Part shown: piece after piece, positions 17,419 to 26,840 of the stretch
Layout: every line of letters begins with the position of its first letter
Numbering within the stretch: the first letter of the stretch is position 1
NCBI GenBank assembly: GCA_030425905.1
Contig: JAUHZT010000001.1
Span: 17,572 to 81,571, forward strand
Direction of reading: 5' to 3'
DNA length: 64,000 nt
DNA from: Gammaproteobacteria bacterium
Lineage (GTDB): Bacteria; Pseudomonadota; Gammaproteobacteria; Steroidobacterales; Woeseiaceae
Position numbers and translations under genes: made by a program
The notes under the pieces: generated by a model
What the model saw: the letters and a program-made list of their open reading frames with translations, nothing else
What the model was told of the DNA's origin: nothing
Database searches by the model: none

Positions 17419-19515
17419 CTATATCTCGGGGCGCTCCGTGTGCGCACTTGCCGCGGTGCTGCCGTGAATCCACCAGTATTCGCGTTGCCGATACCAGTGA
17501 TCATTGGTGATGTAGCAGCGCGCCATATCCGCGGCGACGCGCACCAGGGTTTCGGGTAAGGCAGATTCCGGAATTGTGGGTGACATGGGCATGCGCAGCT
17601 TCCACAGCTGGCCGCCCGAGAACATGGCGAATGCTTGACCTTTAGGCAGGGTGACGAGTTCGGCGACACCCAACAGCGGGACTTCCGAGACACTGATGCG
17701 GTCTTCATTGCGCGAGCGAAAATCGATGCCGGACTCAGGTTCCGATGAATCGTCAACACCCGAGACGCTCATCAGGCTGAGTACGTCGACATTCGGCAGC
17801 TGGTCGGTAAGCATGCGGGCCGTCGCGAGTTCCTTGACGCGCAGCATGATCATCGTGTTGAAGTTGCCGGCCACCTGCCCCGCCTTGGCCCGATTGCCGA
17901 GCCGCGCTTCCACGTCCGACCAGGTCTGGGTATAGGCCGTGACCTGAAATCCGGCACCGCCGGCTTTGTTCAAGAGCGGAATGAACTCATCGCCGATGAG
18001 TTCGTTGAATTCATCGGCGTGCAGTGACACGGTCGGAACACCTCGCTCGGTACCGGGCACGCCGTGCTTGTAGACGTGGCCGGCCACGGAAACGAGATCC
18101 GCAAACATCGAGTTGCCGACCGCGCTGGCCACCGTCGTGTCGCTGAGCGCATCGAGGCCGACGTAAACAATGCCGCGATGTTTGACGACGTTCAGCCATT
18201 CGAGGATTGGTCGTGTGTCGCTGTCGTCTTCGGTTTGCGGCGACAACAGCTCGCCGATGTTGCCCGTGGTGAGCTTCTCAAGCAGCGGTCCGAGGGAGCT
18301 GACGATCTTGTCAAAGTAGGTCTTGTCGTATTTGAAGGCCGACATCAGCCCGTCGAGTACCGGCTCGTACACGCCGGTCGCCCCGATATAGCGTGCCAGT
18401 GCAATGGCCTCCGGGTGCCGGCCGCGCATCGCCGGTATGGCACTCTTGTTGCCGTCGTCTCCGGCCAGCATTTCTACTGCCTCTTCCCAGTGGGCATCGG
18501 CCTGCACATTGAGCACGGCGCGGGCGTATTCGACAAACAGCGGTTCGATGTCATTGATGTAGCGGCGGATCTTGTCGTAGTCGGGGCGCTTGCCGAGTGC
18601 GATCAGGGCGCGGGCGATGATGTTGACGAAGCGCCAGGCGAATTCCTTGAAGGCAGCAGAATTGCCCGCGCTGGGCAGTTGATTGGCGATGCGTGTCGCC
18701 ACCTCGGTGATGCGAGCGAAGTTACCGATCGCGTTGTAACGCACCGATGCACCCGGGTAGCCGAGGTGAAACATCATGAAGTCCTTTTGGCGACCGCACT
18801 GGCAGGCCTCGGAATAGACGCGTTTCAAGAGATCGGCATCGCCTTTAGGGTCGAAAACAATCACGACGTCGCCGCGGCGAATGTCCTGGGCTATCAGGAG
18901 CTCAGCCAGCCGTGTCTTGCCGACCCGCGTGGTGCCCAGCACCAGGGTGTGCCCCACCCGTTCCTCAAGATCCATCCATACAGCCTGTTCCTTGATGCCG
19001 ACACCGTGCAGGGCACGATTACCGCCGAGCGGTGGGAGAGGCGCCAGCGGGTTCCAGCGGCTTCGGGACTGCAGGCCTCTGACCAACCAGGACAGCATGG
19101 GTTTGCCCTCCCAGGCTGTCTCGACGCGGCGGGCCCAGCGATACAGCGGTCCCGGGCGGACGTATTGCTGCACCTCGGGGCGAATCGTGTCGCGCAATCG
19201 CTGCGTGTGCGCCTGGTTCCAGCGAAATCCTCGTCCGAGGAAGAGCTTTTGTCGGCTGACCGGGATCTTGTTGTGCGCCAGCCGGTAGGTTGGCAGCTGC
19301 CTGAGGCGGCGCTGATAGCGCCATACCCGCCAGGCCTGATGAGCCCGCCACGCGGCAAAGCCCAGCAGGCTCGCCGCCACGGCGTAGGCAACACCGGGCG
19401 GCATCATCAGGGCCCAGGGGGCGGCGGCGGCGATTGTGGCGGCACAAACCGCGGCCAACGCCGTCCAGAGTTCCACCAGCGGACGCAACATCGCTTCGAT
19501 CACGTGGCGACTCAC
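17419..19515 (-). CDS. traD: Conjugative coupling protein TraD (SXT/TOL/PFGI-1 class)
   Basis: Walker A LVLGTTRVGKT and two N-terminal TM segments. GTG at 19515 gives a GTGA overlap with the upstream stop (alternative ATG at 19491). The ORF-track N-terminal 110 aa are rejected as an Arg/Pro-rich read-through. Confidence 0.9.
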   Translation of the reverse strand: MSRHVIEAMLRPLVELWTALAAVCAATIAAAAPWALMMPPGVAYAVAASLLGFAAWRAHQAWRVWRYQRRLRQLPTYRLAHNKIPVSRQKLFLGRGFRWNQAHTQRLRDTIRPEVQQYVRPGPLYRWARRVETAWEGKPMLSWLVRGLQSRSRWNPLAPLPPLGGNRALHGVGIKEQAVWMDLEERVGHTLVLGTTRVGKTRLAELLIAQDIRRGDVVIVFDPKGDADLLKRVYSEACQCGRQKDFMMFHLGYPGASVRYNAIGNFARITEVATRIANQLPSAGNSAAFKEFAWRFVNIIARALIALGKRPDYDKIRRYINDIEPLFVEYARAVLNVQADAHWEEAVEMLAGDDGNKSAIPAMRGRHPEAIALARYIGATGVYEPVLDGLMSAFKYDKTYFDKIVSSLGPLLEKLTTGNIGELLSPQTEDDSDTRPILEWLNVVKHRGIVYVGLDALSDTTVASAVGNSMFADLVSVAGHVYKHGVPGTERGVPTVSLHADEFNELIGDEFIPLLNKAGGAGFQVTAYTQTWSDVEARLGNRAKAGQVAGNFNTMIMLRVKELATARMLTDQLPNVDVLSLMSVSGVDDSSEPESGIDFRSRNEDRISVSEVPLLGVAELVTLPKGQAFAMFSGGQLWKLRMPMSPTIPESALPETLVRVAADMARCYITNDHWYRQREYWWIHGSTAASAHTERPEI

Positions 19516-20027
19516 TGCCAGAGCCGCGTCGGTGTGATGCAAACCGGGTAGTGCCGTATTTTCAGGATTGCGGCCAGGTCGGTGGCCGGTGCCGGCACGA
19601 TCGGCAGGGTGCCGGCCAGTTCGGCAATCGCCTCGAGATCCGTTGGTGTCTCGGCCTCGACCAGCAGGCCGATTGCGCCGAGCGATTCGAGGCGCGCTCG
19701 ATGGCGGGTCAGCCAGCTTTTGGAGCGCTCTCCTGCGCCAATCAGAAACACCGGCTGTGTCAGCGAGAGTGCGTGTCCGCGGGGGGCAACCGGCCCCGGT
19801 GTCAGTCCCGGCGAGTGAATTGGCAACAGGGTTCGAAGGTCCCACGCTTTCGGTCCTTGTGGCAACGGCTTTCGTATCGAAGTCTGCCTCGGTGTGCCCA
19901 GAAAATCGCTCAGCGGTTGGGCTCCGGGCGCCTCGTGGATCACGGTCAACTCGCCCATGGCCGGCACCACAGCGAGCAGCGCGGCGAGGATCACGGCGCG
20001 TCCGAAGTGCAAGGGCCAGCGTGTCAT
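19512..20027 (-). CDS. ICE protein, PFL_4695 (TIGR03765/DUF2859) type
   Basis: Start MTRWPLHFGRAVILAALLAVVPAMG at 20027 (ATGA overlap with the SLT gene stop). C-terminal ...KIRHYPVCITPTRLWQ. Confidence 0.75.
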   Translation of the reverse strand: MTRWPLHFGRAVILAALLAVVPAMGELTVIHEAPGAQPLSDFLGTPRQTSIRKPLPQGPKAWDLRTLLPIHSPGLTPGPVAPRGHALSLTQPVFLIGAGERSKSWLTRHRARLESLGAIGLLVEAETPTDLEAIAELAGTLPIVPAPATDLAAILKIRHYPVCITPTRLWQ

Positions 20028-20575
20028 TTCGTGTCCTTTACGCTGCGCCAGGCAGCACGAACCCGTTCGGTATACCGTTTGGCCCGGCCCGCAGTGTTCG
20101 GTGCGTGATAGCAGCCAACGCTGTCCCACCAGTCACCGCGCTCGGCGTAGCAGCGCTTGAGGATCTCGGCCGCCACGTCCAGGTTGTGTTCGGGCTGCAG
20201 GGCCAGCCAGGTGTTCCCGAGTTGCTGCCGGTGGTAGTGCCAGTTGACCTGCATCAGGCCAATATCAATGCGGGTTTCACCCGCGGCCAGCGTCGCATCG
20301 AGCACGCGCCAGGCGGCCAATCGTGTCGAAAAATAACGGCCTTTGCCGGCAATGTTCAGGGTCCAGGGCCAAGGGCGTCTGGCCGACAATGACGGAATTC
20401 GTTTGCCACTCTCGGCAAGGGCCACGGCGTACAGCATCGCGGCCGGTATCTCGTGGCGGACCGCAATGCGCTCGTAGATCGGCGGAATACCCGTGCCGGC
20501 GAGACTTGCCTCCGGTGACGAGATTACGACGACCAGGCAGATCAGCCTGGCCAGAACTCGGTGCCGCCGGGCCAT
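20024..20575 (-). CDS. Lytic transglycosylase (SLT domain)
   Basis: 183 aa with a signal-like N-terminus. Catalytic-Glu context MLYAVALAESG and GLMQVN motif. Confidence 0.85.
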   Translation of the reverse strand: MARRHRVLARLICLVVVISSPEASLAGTGIPPIYERIAVRHEIPAAMLYAVALAESGKRIPSLSARRPWPWTLNIAGKGRYFSTRLAAWRVLDATLAAGETRIDIGLMQVNWHYHRQQLGNTWLALQPEHNLDVAAEILKRCYAERGDWWDSVGCYHAPNTAGRAKRYTERVRAAWRSVKDTK

Positions 20576-21396
20576 CAGAGATCGGCATACGCGAGTGCCT
20601 CCACGGCCTCGCCGCGGCGGCGAAACAGCACGGGTGCCTGACTCTTTTCACCCGACAGAGAAGCCAACATGCCATTGTCAATATTGAGCGTGACGCGGCG
20701 ACCCTGTACCCAGGCAGGCTCGATGGCATGTTCGTCGGCCCAGGACCGAATACGCGCCTCGCTGCCAGGGCCCAGATCGGTGAAGTAAATATCGATGCCG
20801 GCAACGGTGTTCAAGTGCGTCAGGAGTTTTACCAGCATGGCTTCACAAGGCGGACATTGGAGGGCTGTGAAGAACAGCACCCGGTCGCCCGCGCTGAGCG
20901 CACTGGTCATTTGCGGCACGGTCTTGAGCCGGCCGGCATCGATAAGCGTTTGCCCGGCGAACAGTTGCTCGGCCGCCGCATCGTAAGCACGCTGAAATGC
21001 GAGGACGCGTTCGGCGTCCGCGCGCATCGCCTCGGCCCAGCGCAGGGCGTAGTGGCGCCGTTCGGCCGCATCGCGGGCGTGGATGCCGAGCACTTCAACG
21101 GGCGAGAGGCGCGCATCGCTGACACTGCCACGGATGCCAAGCATCAGTTGCCGGTAGCGTCGCCATTCGGATTCATTGAGTTCCCAGGTGTGGGCTTGAT
21201 GTTGTTCCGTGACTGACAGGGCCGTCTCGCCTTCATCGCTGGGCACTGTTCGCGTGATGTCGGTTTCGCTTCTGGCCGTTTCCTGCGCCGGCACTGAGTT
21301 TGTTGTGCTCAGCAGCACAATCATTGCCGTAACTGAAATAGCGCAGATGACGTGAGCCGATCGCACCTTCAGCTGCTGCAGTTCATAACCGGGCAT
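20575..21396 (-). CDS. ICE protein, PFL_4693 (TIGR03759) type with thioredoxin-like CPPC
   Basis: LNESEWRRYRQLMLGIRG...AFQRAYDAAAEQLF matches my recollection of the family. LFFTALQCPPCEAML is a thioredoxin-like motif. The start is uncertain (21396 or 21435). Confidence 0.8.
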   Translation of the reverse strand: MPGYELQQLKVRSAHVICAISVTAMIVLLSTTNSVPAQETARSETDITRTVPSDEGETALSVTEQHQAHTWELNESEWRRYRQLMLGIRGSVSDARLSPVEVLGIHARDAAERRHYALRWAEAMRADAERVLAFQRAYDAAAEQLFAGQTLIDAGRLKTVPQMTSALSAGDRVLFFTALQCPPCEAMLVKLLTHLNTVAGIDIYFTDLGPGSEARIRSWADEHAIEPAWVQGRRVTLNIDNGMLASLSGEKSQAPVLFRRRGEAVEALAYADL

Positions 21397-21868
21397 CGTC
21401 GCCCTCGCCTGCGCTGTCCGCGTGGATGAGTTCAAAACTCACGAGGCGGTACACCGGATCGACGACCAGACGAAACGCCTCGCCGCTCACGATTTCGAGC
21501 GCATCGCGGCGCGTAATGGGACCGAGCTGGCGCTGCACATCGGGCAGCGGCAGTGCAAACAGGTGCACGCGGTAGGACTCGGCGAGCTGGGCACTCAGCA
21601 GGCGATAGCCGCTGCCTTTGAGGAGATCTTCAACCGCCTCGCCGACGGTGCGAATGTCCTTGTCAAATTGGTGCGTAATAACTGCCGAGAGCAGGTCCAG
21701 CTGCACGGCCTCGGGTCCCGCGGCCATGCTCTGGTAGCGTCCAATCTGGATATCGTGTGAGTGGGCCACGCACGGCGACGCGACGGCCGCCGGCCCTATC
21801 GACGATGCGAGTAAGCCGCTCAGAAGCACAATGATCGGGCGATGGCGGGGGAGACTTGGACGATACAT
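21383..21868 (-). CDS. PilL-like conjugative transfer region protein (TIGR03748 type)
   Basis: 161 aa with signal peptide/lipobox-like ...AVASPC. Also IQIGRYQSMAAGP...LLKGSGYRL. Confidence 0.75.
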   Translation of the reverse strand: MYRPSLPRHRPIIVLLSGLLASSIGPAAVASPCVAHSHDIQIGRYQSMAAGPEAVQLDLLSAVITHQFDKDIRTVGEAVEDLLKGSGYRLLSAQLAESYRVHLFALPLPDVQRQLGPITRRDALEIVSGEAFRLVVDPVYRLVSFELIHADSAGEGDDARL

Positions 21869-21975
21869 GCGGATTCCTTCTCAGTGGGTCCGGGTAGCTG
21901 TTGATAGACAGCATCCCCTGCCCAACCCCATCGATGAAGCCGGAATCCCGCCCGCGTGTCGCCGGATTTTCTGGG

Positions 21976-22842
21976 CTATCGACCGATGTAGACCGCGACG
22001 ACCTGCTCACGCTCGTGCCCCAATTCCCAGCTGATCGTGAGTCTTGCCGCCCTGTCGATACGGCGTTGCTCAGCGCTTTGGTGTTTGCAACTCGGTCCGC
22101 CGGCGTGCGGGCAGCGCCAGCCGGTGAGCTCGAAGTAGCGCCGCTGCGCGTAGGCGTGTCGAAGCCCATGCATTTTCGAGAGTCCGGCGTTCATGATCTG
22201 CCGCACATACACCCGAAGGTGCTGAACAAAGCTGCGCTCCGGCGGGATCAGTGAGCCGTTGCCGACGAGGCGCCAGGCGCGTGCCAGCACAATGCGCTGC
22301 GCGCGCGTTCGCACCGGAATCTCCCGCGCCTTGCCGCCCTTGGTCCAGCTGGGCCGTAGTACCAGCTTGTCGCCGCGATCGGCGTAGCGCGGCTGGAATT
22401 TCAAAGCCTCTTCGCGCCTGAGGCCGAAGGCGCGTTGCAACTCCAGACTCAGGCGCACGTGCGGATCGGTGATCCGCGCGAGCTGGCCTTTGGACAGGTA
22501 GCGTGCTTTCGAGAAACGGCTTACCAGGCGCCGCGAGGCGATACCGTAATAATCGTTGCCGGCCGCCACGGCCGCTTCCCGGTCCACCTTGTGTGCCCAC
22601 CAGCGGATCGCCGCCATGCGGTTCTTGATGGTGCCGGCGGCGATGCCTTCGTCCTGCCAACGTGCCACGAGCGCGTGCACGTGTTTGGGCTTTAAGGATC
22701 GCGCCGACATGCCGCGATAGCCCATCTCGTGTAACTGGTTGGCAATCTGAGAGAGCAAATACGCGCGCTTCGCCTGGGTCGCCCGACTGCCGTCGCGATT
22801 CTTGTCGCCGAGTTGTTTGAGCTGGTAATTCAGGTCTCTCAT
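21976..22842 (-). CDS. Tyrosine recombinase (phage-integrase family) with the integrase N-terminal domain typical of ICE-internal copies
   Basis: 288 aa. Catalytic-type residues in ...FGLRREEAL..., ...MHGLRHAYAQ... and C-terminal ...VVAVYIGR. Confidence 0.8.
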   Translation of the reverse strand: MRDLNYQLKQLGDKNRDGSRATQAKRAYLLSQIANQLHEMGYRGMSARSLKPKHVHALVARWQDEGIAAGTIKNRMAAIRWWAHKVDREAAVAAGNDYYGIASRRLVSRFSKARYLSKGQLARITDPHVRLSLELQRAFGLRREEALKFQPRYADRGDKLVLRPSWTKGGKAREIPVRTRAQRIVLARAWRLVGNGSLIPPERSFVQHLRVYVRQIMNAGLSKMHGLRHAYAQRRYFELTGWRCPHAGGPSCKHQSAEQRRIDRAARLTISWELGHEREQVVAVYIGR

Positions 22843-23346
22843 AGTGCTGAACCCGTGGGTCAGTGAATCTGACTGACCGAAGTCGATGCTTCGGCAGCGC
22901 GTGAGCGCCAGCGTCGCGGGACACTACCCCCGTTTGACCTGATTATTGTCTGGTCGCAGACAACACTGCGCGTTCCCGGATGGGAACCGACACAGTGCAC
23001 ACCAGAGCGCCCGTGAGCGGGCGTGGTTGGATATTGATGCACATCACCTCCTTTGGATTGAGCGGGTTGCCCGCATGAAAAAAAGCATCGCGTGCCCTGC
23101 AGGCGCGCGCGTATACGCTCAAGGCGAATGCCTTGATGAAAAGGACAGAGCACCTACTCTGTTTGTTTTTGACAATGGACCGTCGATCGTTCGATCGTGG
23201 CACCCCGCGCCGGCCCTTGGGTGCCTTTGCCACGTTGTCCGGCGTGGCGCCGGCTTAAAATCGCTCAGAGGGCGACAGTATTCAGAACAGATCACCCGTC
23301 GGGAACCCGCAATTCCGGCCTGCAGGCGGCGTACTTTCAGGTCTCG

Positions 23347-23382
23347 GCGCCCTCGTCACCAGTGCACTGGTGACGAGGGCGC
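23347..23382. repeat. 36-bp perfect palindrome GCGCCCTCGTCACCAGTG|CACTGGTGACGAGGGCGC
   Basis: Checked base by base: 18+18 with no loop. Lies in an ORF-poor ~800-bp region. Confidence 0.95.
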
Positions 23383-23473
23383 GTCCGAACAGTTCATCGC
23401 CCAAAACAGCGGCCGCCGGAGCACGCCTGCCCACAGGGGCCCACAGGCTGCTCGCATGGCGGTGCGGTTGCCG

Positions 23474-23500
23474 GCATCGCGAGTGTGAGGCTCGCGATGC
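23474..23500. repeat. Hairpin GCATCGCGAG-tgtgagg-CTCGCGATGC (10-bp stem, 7-nt loop)
   Basis: Read directly from the sequence. About 90 bp from the 36-bp palindrome. Confidence 0.9.
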
Positions 23501-23596
23501 GTTTGGGCTCAAGGCCTGTGGACTCTGTGGACAGCCGTTGCGCCTGATCGTCGCCCGTTCAACGCCCCCAACAAGATCGCGGCGGCGTGACCGCAT

Positions 23597-23624
23597 AAAA
23601 AAAGGCCGCTTACGAGAAGCGGCC
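23597..23624 (-). terminator. Rho-independent terminator after the 23653-24075 gene
   Basis: The minus strand reads GGCCGCTT-ctcgt-AAGCGGCC followed by TTTTTTT. Begins 29 nt after the stop codon. Confidence 0.75.
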
Positions 23625-23652
23625 AAAGCGGGGGAACAGCCAGAGAAGCTGT

Positions 23653-24075
23653 TCAGTCTTCGCCGGGAAGCAGGATCGTGATCACGGGTTCGCCGTCATC
23701 GCCGGGCCCGAGGATCAGCGTCAGGGCGAGCTGCCGGCTGCGGCGCGAACGGCCGTCGCGCGGGATGCGATTGAGCGAGAACTTGAGCGGCTGAACGCCC
23801 TTGCTGTCGCTGCGAATCGCGTGGGCGGCCATGAAGAGTACGTCCCAAAGGCGCCCCGACTCGTCCTGGTAGGCCTGGCGCTCGTTGTCGGCCTCGCTCC
23901 AGGCGACGGCATCAGCCCAGGCCGCTGCCGTCAGGGCCACCGGCAGCGTAAAGCCGGCTTCGGCTGCCACGGCGGATGCATCGATGAGGACGCCATCCTC
24001 GATTGCCTGTTGGCGGGTGTAGCGAAAGATTACCTTGCCGAAGTCGGCGTGGTTCGGTGGTTGTTGTTGTGACAT
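23653..24075 (-). CDS. Conserved ICE/plasmid leading-region protein of unknown function (DUF6573-like by recollection)
   Basis: Start MSQQQPPNHADFGKVIFRYTRQQAIEDGVLIDAS at 24075, and ...QDESGRLWDVLFMAAH. 140 aa. Confidence 0.7.
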   Translation of the reverse strand: MSQQQPPNHADFGKVIFRYTRQQAIEDGVLIDASAVAAEAGFTLPVALTAAAWADAVAWSEADNERQAYQDESGRLWDVLFMAAHAIRSDSKGVQPLKFSLNRIPRDGRSRRSRQLALTLILGPGDDGEPVITILLPGED

Positions 24076-24172
24076 GGTGAGACTCCTTGCGTGATGAAAA
24101 CGCCGGGCCATGCCGCTTCCCCTGCCGGGGACGCGCACGGTCCCCGGCAGGGTGTTTCTGCAGAACGTTAAG

Positions 24173-24682
24173 TTAGATAAGTCCACGTGCGGCCATCGAC
24201 ACGCTGTCGCCATGGGCCACAATGAAGTGGTCCAGAACGCGCACGTCGACCAACTCGAGGGCGCTTTTCAGGCGGCGCGTGATGCGCTCATCCGCCTGGC
24301 TGGGCTCGGCCACGCCGGACGGGTGATTGTGAAAGAAAATCACGGCTGCTGCGTTGGCTTCCAGGACCCGTTGCACGACAACCCGCGGATACACCGAGGT
24401 GCCGTCGATGGTGCCTTGAAACAGCTCCTTGACCTCAAGCACCCGGTGGCGGTTGTCCAGCAACACGTAACCGAAACGCTCGGTCTTCTTGTCCGCCAGT
24501 CGCAGTTGCAGATAGGCCTGCGTATCCGCAGGACTCCTGATGACGCGACCCCGATAGTGTCGTGCTGCCAGCGCTTTGAGCGCCAGGTCGATCAGCGTGC
24601 AACGCTCCTCCTCATTCAGACTCGATATCGCCAGATCCGCAAAGCGGTTGCTTCGCTTTCTGGTGTCAACGTTGTTACTCAT
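24173..24682 (-). CDS. radC: RadC-family JAB/MPN domain protein
   Basis: Start MSNNVDTRKRS at 24682. JAMM motif FFHNHPSGVAEPSQAD. Confidence 0.9.
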   Translation of the reverse strand: MSNNVDTRKRSNRFADLAISSLNEEERCTLIDLALKALAARHYRGRVIRSPADTQAYLQLRLADKKTERFGYVLLDNRHRVLEVKELFQGTIDGTSVYPRVVVQRVLEANAAAVIFFHNHPSGVAEPSQADERITRRLKSALELVDVRVLDHFIVAHGDSVSMAARGLI

Positions 24683-24789
24683 GGCTGTTCTCCTCAAAAT
24701 TGCGGGAGAATCAGCCCCCGGGCGGGGATACGATTCCCCGCTGGGTGGAAAAATGGCCGGATACGTGTAGTACCCGGCCTTGGCTTGAA

Positions 24790-25194
24790 TCAGGCGACGC
24801 GTTGCGACTCGCTCGAGATACGCTCGCCGTTCACCTTGGCCCACGCAACCTTGATCAGGCGCGCTTTGAGGTTCACGCCGGGCTGACCGGCCTTCTCGCC
24901 TTGGGTAAAGGTAAAGGCATCGGCCTTGAGGTTGCTCAAGGTAAAGCCGATGAGTACCTTCGACTCGTCCTCGACGGCCGGCATGAGCTCGCGCACGATG
25001 CGCTGAGTCTCGTCGCCGTACACGCCGCACTCAAAGTACGTGTGCTGGACGTTGGTGACGCTGCCGTGAATGGCAGCGATGGTGACCGCGAGAAAAGGCG
25101 AACCCTCTTTCGGTGTCACCTCCCGGATGCGATTAAGGTAACCGATGCCGGTGGTGTGAAGATCGAAATACTTGCTGCTTTCGTTGTTGTTCAT
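24790..25194 (-). CDS. DUF3577 / STY4534-type ICE replication-associated protein
   Basis: Start MNNNESSKYFDLHTTGIGYLNRIREV... The family-typical opening is recognised from memory. Confidence 0.75.
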   Translation of the reverse strand: MNNNESSKYFDLHTTGIGYLNRIREVTPKEGSPFLAVTIAAIHGSVTNVQHTYFECGVYGDETQRIVRELMPAVEDESKVLIGFTLSNLKADAFTFTQGEKAGQPGVNLKARLIKVAWAKVNGERISSESQRVA

Positions 25195-25386
25195 GACACG
25201 TTCTCCTGTCATCGAGATGAACCGGTGTCGGTGCCTCCCTGGCGGGGACACGTTCCCCGGCAGGGTGGATGGCAACCGCATCGGTTGCCGAGACAATGGA
25301 CCGTCGGCGGATGCCGTGATACCCCGAAGTCGGCCCTTGGGTATCGGTTTGTCACTGAAACCGCAGTGACGGCGGATAAATCTTGT

Positions 25387-26469
25387 TCAGTCATTTGCGT
25401 CCTCGCCGGCGACGTAGCGGCCGTACTTGAGCATGCCGCGGGCGTTGGCGAACGCCGCTTCCGCCACGATCAGTTGGTTCGGAAACCAGTCGACGACATG
25501 CTCGGCGAGCGCCACGGTGCCGCCGCCGACGAACAGCACGCGTTCGAGCTCCGTGCCCGAGCCGAGCTGACGCCGAGTCTCGGCATAGAGCCGTTCGACG
25601 AGTTCGTGTTTGGCGGTGGTAACTTCTGCCGTCAGGTCGTAGTCGCGGCCATAGAGCCGCACGCGCTTTTGGCGCAGGGCCTGGCTCAGGACGCGATCGC
25701 TGATCCGGCCCAGATCGAAGCGTTCCTGGATCGCCTCGGCAAGCGCCTGCTTGACGTCCAGCAATCCGTATTCGAAAGAACCCGACGAGCGATGCAGAAC
25801 GCCCTGATCGCGCACCACTACGATGTCGGTGGTGCGCCCGCCAATGTCCACCACGGCGATCGACGCATGCTGGCGCTCGCGATTGAGTCGCGGCGCGCCG
25901 TCAGCGTCGGCGATGACGTAGTCGTACCAGGCAGCAAGCGCTTCCGGGATCACCCGGTGCGCCACGCATGCGACGGGCAGCGCCTCGCTGCGCGGTGTCA
26001 CCGGCTGCAGCAGATTGACCTGCTTGTCGTTGATCGCACTGCTGCGCTTGGCACCGGAGCTGCGGTAATACGCGCTGACCGGCAGGCCGGAAACAGCGTC
26101 GACATCAAGGCCTTCGAGACCGGCGCACTGCAGGGCATGCTGCACAATGGCGCGGTTCATGCCGGAGCAGGCATAGCCTTCGAATCGCGTCGTCGCGCCG
26201 TCAACATCTCCGACCGAATAGATGGAGTTCTCGGTCTGGTACTCGTGGATAGTGCGCTGACCCGGGTTCAGCCAGGTCACGTGAGCGCGCCCGATCTCGG
26301 CGCGCGATGGGCACGCAATGAGCCGCCCGTCCGGCAGCGCCAGTTTGGTGACGGCGAAACCGTCGTCGATACCGATCTTCAGCGGGGTCTTGGTCGTCAA
26401 TGCTTCACTCCGTTGGCGCGTGTGGGCTGACAGGTCGGGTGGTAGTGCAATCGCCGTCATGCCGCTCAA
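25387..26469 (-). CDS. ParM/StbA-type actin-like segregation ATPase
   Basis: 360 aa. Actin-fold phosphate motifs KIGIDDGFAVTK, VVDIGGRTTDIV and LFVGGGT. Confidence 0.8.
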   Translation of the reverse strand: MSGMTAIALPPDLSAHTRQRSEALTTKTPLKIGIDDGFAVTKLALPDGRLIACPSRAEIGRAHVTWLNPGQRTIHEYQTENSIYSVGDVDGATTRFEGYACSGMNRAIVQHALQCAGLEGLDVDAVSGLPVSAYYRSSGAKRSSAINDKQVNLLQPVTPRSEALPVACVAHRVIPEALAAWYDYVIADADGAPRLNRERQHASIAVVDIGGRTTDIVVVRDQGVLHRSSGSFEYGLLDVKQALAEAIQERFDLGRISDRVLSQALRQKRVRLYGRDYDLTAEVTTAKHELVERLYAETRRQLGSGTELERVLFVGGGTVALAEHVVDWFPNQLIVAEAAFANARGMLKYGRYVAGEDAND

Positions 26470-26840
26470 CCGATGACCTTGCGCAGCGCGGCAAAGGCCA
26501 TCGGGGACGTCGTATCAGTAGCATCAGGATCCGGTTCCTCTTGAGCCGGTACTTCGGGCAGTGGATCCGCAGCTGCGTCTTTGACGATGGCAAGCGCAGA
26601 ATCCCTGCTCGGTGCCGTCGTCGTATCCTGCGCCGCTATGAACGTGGCGCCGGTCGCCTGCACCGCCTGCAGGGCGCGGCGTTCGAACAAAAAGCCTTGC
26701 ACCAGCAGCCCGCGTAACCATTCAGCCTGCCGGGCCGTTGCGCGGCGCCGGAGTTCGTTCAGGATCAGCGCTTCGAACGCGACCGTGACATCGAGCTGCA
26801 GCACGACGGGCGTCGAGGTGGCTGTGGGCCCCGCGTTCAT
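26466..26840 (-). CDS. Hypothetical ICE protein (124 aa), translationally coupled on both sides
   Basis: ATGA-type overlaps with both the upstream and downstream genes. No family recognised. Confidence 0.55.
   Translation of the reverse strand: MNAGPTATSTPVVLQLDVTVAFEALILNELRRRATARQAEWLRGLLVQGFLFERRALQAVQATGATFIAAQDTTTAPSRDSALAIVKDAAADPLPEVPAQEEPDPDATDTTSPMAFAALRKVIG

Noticed and set aside
18064-19551. 495-aa plus-strand ORF
   Set aside because: It is antisense to traD, which carries Walker motifs on the minus strand. High-GC shadow ORF.
22070-22924. 284-aa minus-strand ORF overlapping the recombinase in another frame
   Set aside because: It is an Arg/Pro/Ala-rich alternative frame of the 21976-22842 gene. 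That gene has the tyrosine-recombinase catalytic residues and this frame has none.
22946-23488. 180-aa plus-strand ORF in the ORF-poor region
   Set aside because: It is Arg-rich and low-complexity with no ribosome-binding site evident, and it spans the 36-bp palindrome. I treat the region as non-coding.
24700-26430. 576-aa plus-strand ORF
   Set aside because: It runs antisense across three separately recognisable minus-strand genes (RadC, the DUF3577-like gene, the ParM-like gene). The sequence is low-complexity and Arg/Gly/Ala-rich.
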